Of a DNA stretch of 64,000 nucleotides, positions 59,638 through 64,000 are shown one piece after another. The DNA lies in assembly GCA_004297215.1 (NCBI GenBank), contig SCUM01000001.1:143456-207455 (forward strand), read 5' to 3'. The position numbers were made by a program, and so were the translations under genes. The notes under the pieces are model-generated. The model was not told where the DNA came from and ran no database searches. It saw only the letters and a program-made list of their open reading frames with translations. The DNA comes from Patescibacteria group bacterium. GTDB lineage: Bacteria; Patescibacteriota; Patescibacteriia; UBA9934; GWF2-40-263. Within the stretch, counting starts at the first letter, position 1; each line of letters opens with the position of its first letter.

Positions 59638-62286
59638 ATGCTTCCCAATAATTTCACCCTCAAGTCCCAAGAAGCGCTCCAGGCCGCCCACCGCATCGCG
59701 GTGGAAAACGGGCAGCAGGCTCTCGAACCGCTCCATGTCCTTGCGGCATTGCTCGCGCAGGACGACGGCGTGGTCCCGGCGATCGTCAATAAGGTGGCCG
59801 GAGACCGGGCGGCGCTGCGTGCCCACGTGGATGATGCGATCGATGCCCTGCCGAAATCCAAGGGGCAGCGCATGCAGGCGAACGGGCAGCCCCAGGTATT
59901 CCTCACCCCGGAAACGGCCGAATGCCTGTCAGGCGCCGCGAACAAGGCAAAGCAATTCAAGGACGAGTTCATTTCCACCGAACATCTCCTGCTCGGCCTG
60001 ATGACGTCGAAGAGCGCCGGTCCCCTTCTCGCCCAAGCGGGGATTTCGGAGGAAGGCGTGATGCGCGCGCTCAAGGACATCCGCGGGAGCCAGCGGGTCG
60101 ATTCGGCGGAGCCTGAAGCCAAATACCAGGCGCTCAAGAAATACAGCCGCAACCTCACCGATGCCGCGCGCGCCGGCGAGCTTGATCCCATCATCGGCCG
60201 CGACGCGGAAATCCGCCGCGTGATGCAGGTGCTGTGCCGGCGCACCAAGAACAACCCGGTACTCATCGGCGAAGCGGGCGTCGGCAAGACGGCCGTCGTG
60301 GAGGGCCTCGCGCAGCGCATCGTAAGCGGCGACGTGCCGGAGCTCCTGAAGGACAAGGAGGTGGTGTCGCTCGACATCGGTTCCATGGTGGCCGGGACGA
60401 AATACCGCGGCGAGTTCGAGGACCGCCTCAAGGCGGTCACGAAGGAGATCGAGGAGAGCGGCGGGAAGATCGTGCTGTTCATCGACGAGCTGCACACGCT
60501 GGTTGGCGCCGGTACGACCGAGGGCGGCAGCCTCGACGCGAGCAACCTACTCAAGCCGGCGCTCGCCCGCGGCAAGCTGCGCGCGATCGGCGCGACGACC
60601 ACGAAGGAATACCAGCGCCATATCGAGAAGGACCCGGCGCTCGAACGGCGCTTCCAGCCGGTGGCCGTCGACGAGCCCTCGGTGGAAGATACGATCGCCA
60701 TCCTGCGCGGCATCAAGGAAAAATACGAGATCCACCACGGCATCCGCGTGAGCGACCCTGCCATCGTGTCCGCGGCCACGCTTTCGGACCGCTACATCAC
60801 CGACCGCCGCCTTCCGGACAAGGCGATCGACCTCATCGACGAGGCAGGCTCGGCGCTGCGCATGCAGATCGATTCCATGCCCGAGGAGCTCGACGTGGTG
60901 AAGCGCGACCTGATGCGCCTGGAAATCGAACGCAAGGCGCTTGAGAAGGAAGAAGACAAGGAATCCAAGGCGCGTCTGTCCGAAATCGAACGCCAGATCG
61001 CGGACATCCGTGAGAAGGCTGACGCGCTTGAGGGCCGTTGGAGGAACGAGAAGGATAAGATCGGCGAGATGCGCACGGTCAAGGAAGAACTCGAGTCCTT
61101 GAAGCTCGCGGCCGATGCGGCTGAACGCAAGGGGGCTCTCGATGTGGTGGCTGCCATCCGCTACGGCCAGATCCCCGACGCGGAGCGCCGCCTGAAGCTG
61201 GCCGAGGACCAGCTGCACGCGCTCCAGGCCGAACGCGGCATGCTCAAGCAGACGGTCACGGAGGAGGAGGTCGCGTCCGTCGTGTCGCGCTGGACGCACG
61301 TGCCCGTGTCCAAGATGCTCGAATCCGAGCTTACCAAGCTGGCGCGCATGGAGGAGGAGCTGCGCAAGCGCGTGGTCGGCCAAGAAGAAGCCGTCACCGC
61401 GGTCGCGAATGCCCTGCGCCGCTCCCGGGCCGGCATCGCCGAGGAGAACCGCCCGATCGGCAGCTTCATTTTCCTGGGTCCGACCGGGGTGGGAAAGACG
61501 GAATTGGCCCGTGCGCTCGCCGCGTTCATGTTCAACGACGAGTCCGCTCTCGTGCGTCTCGACATGTCCGAGTACATGGAGCGCCATGCCGCGAGCAAGA
61601 TCATCGGTTCCCCGCCCGGATACGTCGGGTACGACGAAGGCGGCCAGCTCACCGAAATCGTCCGCCGGCGCCCCTACTGCGTGATCCTGTTCGACGAGAT
61701 CGAAAAGGCGCACCCGGACACCTTCAACCTGCTCCTGCAGATCCTCGATGACGGGCATCTCACCGATTCCAAGGGTCGCAAGGTGAACTTCAAGAACACC
61801 GTGATCATCATGACCAGCAACCTGGGGTCCGACCTGATCCTGAACGCGGGCAAGGAAGGCGGCGCCATAGGGTTCGCGGACGAACGTCCGGCGGACGGCG
61901 GTGATTCGGCCGAGGTCAAGGAACGGGTCATGGCGCTCCTCAAGGATTCCTTCCGTCCGGAATTCTTGAACCGCGTGGACGAGATCATCATGTTCCATTC
62001 CCTCGCTGAGGAGGAAATCGGGCAGATCGTGGAGCTGCAGCTCGCCCGCGTGTTCGACCGGCTAAAGAAGCAGCGGGATATCGCCCTGACCGTGTCCCCG
62101 GCCGCCAGAAAGCTGCTGGCAGCCAAAGGCTACGACCCGTCGTATGGCGCCCGGCCCCTCAAACGGGTCATCCAGAGCCTTATTCTCGACCCGCTTTCGC
62201 TCATGCTCATCAAAGGCGAGGTGGCCGAAGGAGCGAACCTCACGATCGGGGCGAAAAACGACGAGATTGCCATCAAGAAGGAATAG
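59638..62286 (+). CDS. clpB: ATP-dependent chaperone ClpB
   Basis: Two AAA+ modules ([16 protein letters not shown]), long coiled-coil middle domain, [12 protein letters not shown]. Confidence 0.96.
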   Translation: MLPNNFTLKSQEALQAAHRIAVENGQQALEPLHVLAALLAQDDGVVPAIVNKVAGDRAALRAHVDDAIDALPKSKGQRMQANGQPQVFLTPETAECLSGAANKAKQFKDEFISTEHLLLGLMTSKSAGPLLAQAGISEEGVMRALKDIRGSQRVDSAEPEAKYQALKKYSRNLTDAARAGELDPIIGRDAEIRRVMQVLCRRTKNNPVLIGEAGVGKTAVVEGLAQRIVSGDVPELLKDKEVVSLDIGSMVAGTKYRGEFEDRLKAVTKEIEESGGKIVLFIDELHTLVGAGTTEGGSLDASNLLKPALARGKLRAIGATTTKEYQRHIEKDPALERRFQPVAVDEPSVEDTIAILRGIKEKYEIHHGIRVSDPAIVSAATLSDRYITDRRLPDKAIDLIDEAGSALRMQIDSMPEELDVVKRDLMRLEIERKALEKEEDKESKARLSEIERQIADIREKADALEGRWRNEKDKIGEMRTVKEELESLKLAADAAERKGALDVVAAIRYGQIPDAERRLKLAEDQLHALQAERGMLKQTVTEEEVASVVSRWTHVPVSKMLESELTKLARMEEELRKRVVGQEEAVTAVANALRRSRAGIAEENRPIGSFIFLGPTGVGKTELARALAAFMFNDESALVRLDMSEYMERHAASKIIGSPPGYVGYDEGGQLTEIVRRRPYCVILFDEIEKAHPDTFNLLLQILDDGHLTDSKGRKVNFKNTVIIMTSNLGSDLILNAGKEGGAIGFADERPADGGDSAEVKERVMALLKDSFRPEFLNRVDEIIMFHSLAEEEIGQIVELQLARVFDRLKKQRDIALTVSPAARKLLAAKGYDPSYGARPLKRVIQSLILDPLSLMLIKGEVAEGANLTIGAKNDEIAIKKE

Positions 62287-62290
62287 CAGG

Positions 62291-62317
62291 GAAAGCGGCC
62301 TTCATCGGCCGCTTTTC
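62291..62317 (+). terminator. clpB terminator
   Basis: AAAGCGGCC-TTCATC-GGCCGCTTTT. Confidence 0.8.
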
Positions 62318-62366
62318 GATTTTCGATAATTTGGCTGAACACAGCATAAATATCCATCGTCCCCCC

Positions 62367-62395
62367 TTGACAAAATGCCCAAAAAGTGGTATATT
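62367..62395 (+). promoter_or_regulatory. Near-consensus sigma70 promoter
   Basis: TTGACA-17-TATATT with TG extension. Confidence 0.8.
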
Positions 62396-62401
62396 CGTTG
62401 C

Positions 62402-62546
62402 GTCGAAAATGATTCGACATTAGAGCGATGGTCCGAAAGGACCCAGGGAGTTCGAAGGCCCTGCCGCTCGCAAACCGAATCTTGAGGAGAGAGATAGGAC
62501 CTGTTTGTAAGAGACCTGTCTCTGCTGTCTAACAAACTGGTTTTTT
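62402..62546 (+). promoter_or_regulatory. Structured 5' leader with alternative terminator (riboswitch/attenuator candidate)
   Basis: Multiple stems including a GAAA tetraloop; hairpin 62500-62540 followed by T6. Confidence 0.55.
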
Positions 62547-62554
62547 ATATCCCT

Positions 62555-63064
62555 ATGACGATCTTCTCCACCATTCTCGCGACCCTCGTCTTCATCGGCG
62601 TTTCGGCTTCCCCGGTCCCCTTGGACCAGGCCCCTGCCCGCCAAAGCCTCGGCGACGGCGGGGCGACCCCGGCGTTTACGCCGGTGCCCGTGGCGGAGTC
62701 CGCCTCCGAGGTCGGTCCGGACCTGTCCGAGATCGTAAAGCCGGCTCCCAAGCCGAAGGCGATCGGCCGCAAGGTCACCGTCACGGCCTACACCTCGGAG
62801 CCCCGCCAGACCGACTCCACGCCGTGCATCTCCGCGGATAACTCCGACATCTGCGTGAAGTACGCCGCGGGCGAAAAGATCTGTGCCACCAACGACCACC
62901 CCATGCACGCCAAGCTCCATATCGAGGGGTACGGCGAGTGTACGGTGCGTGACCGCATGAACAAGCGCTACACCGGCACCGGCCGCGTGGACATCTACCT
63001 CGGGATGGACACCCCGGCCGCCCGCGTGTGGGGCGCGAAGTTCGTGAACGTGTCTCGGATCTAA
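62555..63064 (+). CDS. Secreted 3D (Asp-Asp-Asp) domain protein
   Basis: VTAYTS...QTDSTP, ATN, VRDRM, VDIY, WG. Confidence 0.88.
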   Translation: MTIFSTILATLVFIGVSASPVPLDQAPARQSLGDGGATPAFTPVPVAESASEVGPDLSEIVKPAPKPKAIGRKVTVTAYTSEPRQTDSTPCISADNSDICVKYAAGEKICATNDHPMHAKLHIEGYGECTVRDRMNKRYTGTGRVDIYLGMDTPAARVWGAKFVNVSRI

Positions 63065-63203
63065 CCGGGAACGCCGAGGGCCATCGCTCTCGGCCCTTCC
63101 CTTCGGAGGCGAAGCAAGCGCTTAGCCTCCAAAGACGAAGGTTCGACATCCGCGATTCTTTCCCAATCCAAAAACAACGCAGAAACAGATCCTGGAGGGT
63201 CGC

Positions 63204-64000
63204 ATGGCAGATAAAAAGAGTCCTTCCGTCTCCTTTGGAGACGTGCTCGGAGTGGTCGCCCTCGCGATCGTCTTGTTCGTCGTGGTGGGAAAAGGTTGTT
63301 TCCCGGACACGGCCAGGGCGGCGACCATGACAGAGCAGGCGACGGCTTCGGCGCCTGCTCGTGTGCCGATGCAGTGGCACAACATGTTCTACTCCGTCTC
63401 GGCCTATTCGCCCAGCGAAGACGAGACGGACTCGACACCCTGTGAGTCCGCAGACGGGACGAACCCGTGCGAGCTGTACGCCCTCTACGTCGCGACCGAC
63501 GGCGAGGAGGGCGAGCTCACCTGCGCACAAAATGAACTCCCGTTCGGAACGCCCATGGACATCCCTGGGTATGGTCCCGAACACCTGCAGGAGAACGGGT
63601 TCGGACGATGCGTCGTCCATGACCGCATGAACGAACGGTTCAACGGCAAGTACCACCTCGATGTCTTCTTCCCCACCAAGGAAGAGGCGCTGAAGTGGGG
63701 CAGGCAGACGCGGAGGGCCGTTTACTGGACCCCCGTCTCCAGTGATGACGGCACCGGTTGGGCCTGTCCGACCGAAGAACAAGAAATGACGTCCGGCTGG
63801 GGCATGCGCAAGCTCAAGCAGCGAAAGCATGCCAAATTCCACCTAGGCATGGACCTAGAGGCGGACGCGGGCGACAAGACGTTCGCGGTCACGGCCGGGA
63901 AGGTGACCCATGCCGGAAGCTTCGGCGATTGTGGGCAGACGATCGACGTCACCCATGATGACGGAGTGATGACGCGCTACTGCCACCACGCAAGCCTGAC
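63204..64000 (+). CDS. 3D domain + M23 peptidase fusion (truncated by window end)
   Basis: Not in the ORF track. Manual translation from ATG 63204 (GGAGG SD): TM, SAYSP..DETDSTP..VVHDRM..LDVFF..ALKWG, then TSGWGMR..FHLGMD..TRYCH. Confidence 0.85.
   Translation, partial: MADKKSPSVSFGDVLGVVALAIVLFVVVGKGCFPDTARAATMTEQATASAPARVPMQWHNMFYSVSAYSPSEDETDSTPCESADGTNPCELYALYVATDGEEGELTCAQNELPFGTPMDIPGYGPEHLQENGFGRCVVHDRMNERFNGKYHLDVFFPTKEEALKWGRQTRRAVYWTPVSSDDGTGWACPTEEQEMTSGWGMRKLKQRKHAKFHLGMDLEADAGDKTFAVTAGKVTHAGSFGDCGQTIDVTHDDGVMTRYCHHASL

Overview
A GC-rich bacterial chromosome segment, most likely from a Patescibacteria/CPR organism. This is inferred from gene content and order (greA-lysS-ftsQ, rsmI-metG-cvpA-tatD, UvrD-nuclease fusion next to dciA and mreBCD-mrdA, LxGAGC lipoproteins, few Shine-Dalgarno sites); an Uhrbacteria/ABY1-like placement is a guess. 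The backbone carries a complete F1Fo ATP synthase operon, metG, lysS, gltX, rlmN, rsmF, rsmI, gnd-zwf, pgi, pepA, ahpC, sod, a copper nitrite reductase, znuBC and CIRCE-controlled clpB. The main accessory region is the tRNA-Asn locus (1.3-7.5 kb). Upstream of the tRNA, a small GIY-YIG nuclease gene lies between two copies of the tRNA 5' end, each interrupted by the same 32-nt hairpin. Downstream, a lower-GC 5.6 kb island bounded by a 9-bp direct repeat carries a TIR+SLATT pair and a type III restriction-modification system. Other notable signals: a riboswitch-like leader with a switchable terminator before 3D-domain cell-wall genes; several short palindrome families inserted in-frame into housekeeping proteins; a NirK with Gln in place of the axial Met; an almost invariant T at -1 of start codons; and a candidate structured ncRNA at about 40.0 kb. 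All calls come from reading motifs by eye. No searches or folding programs were run.
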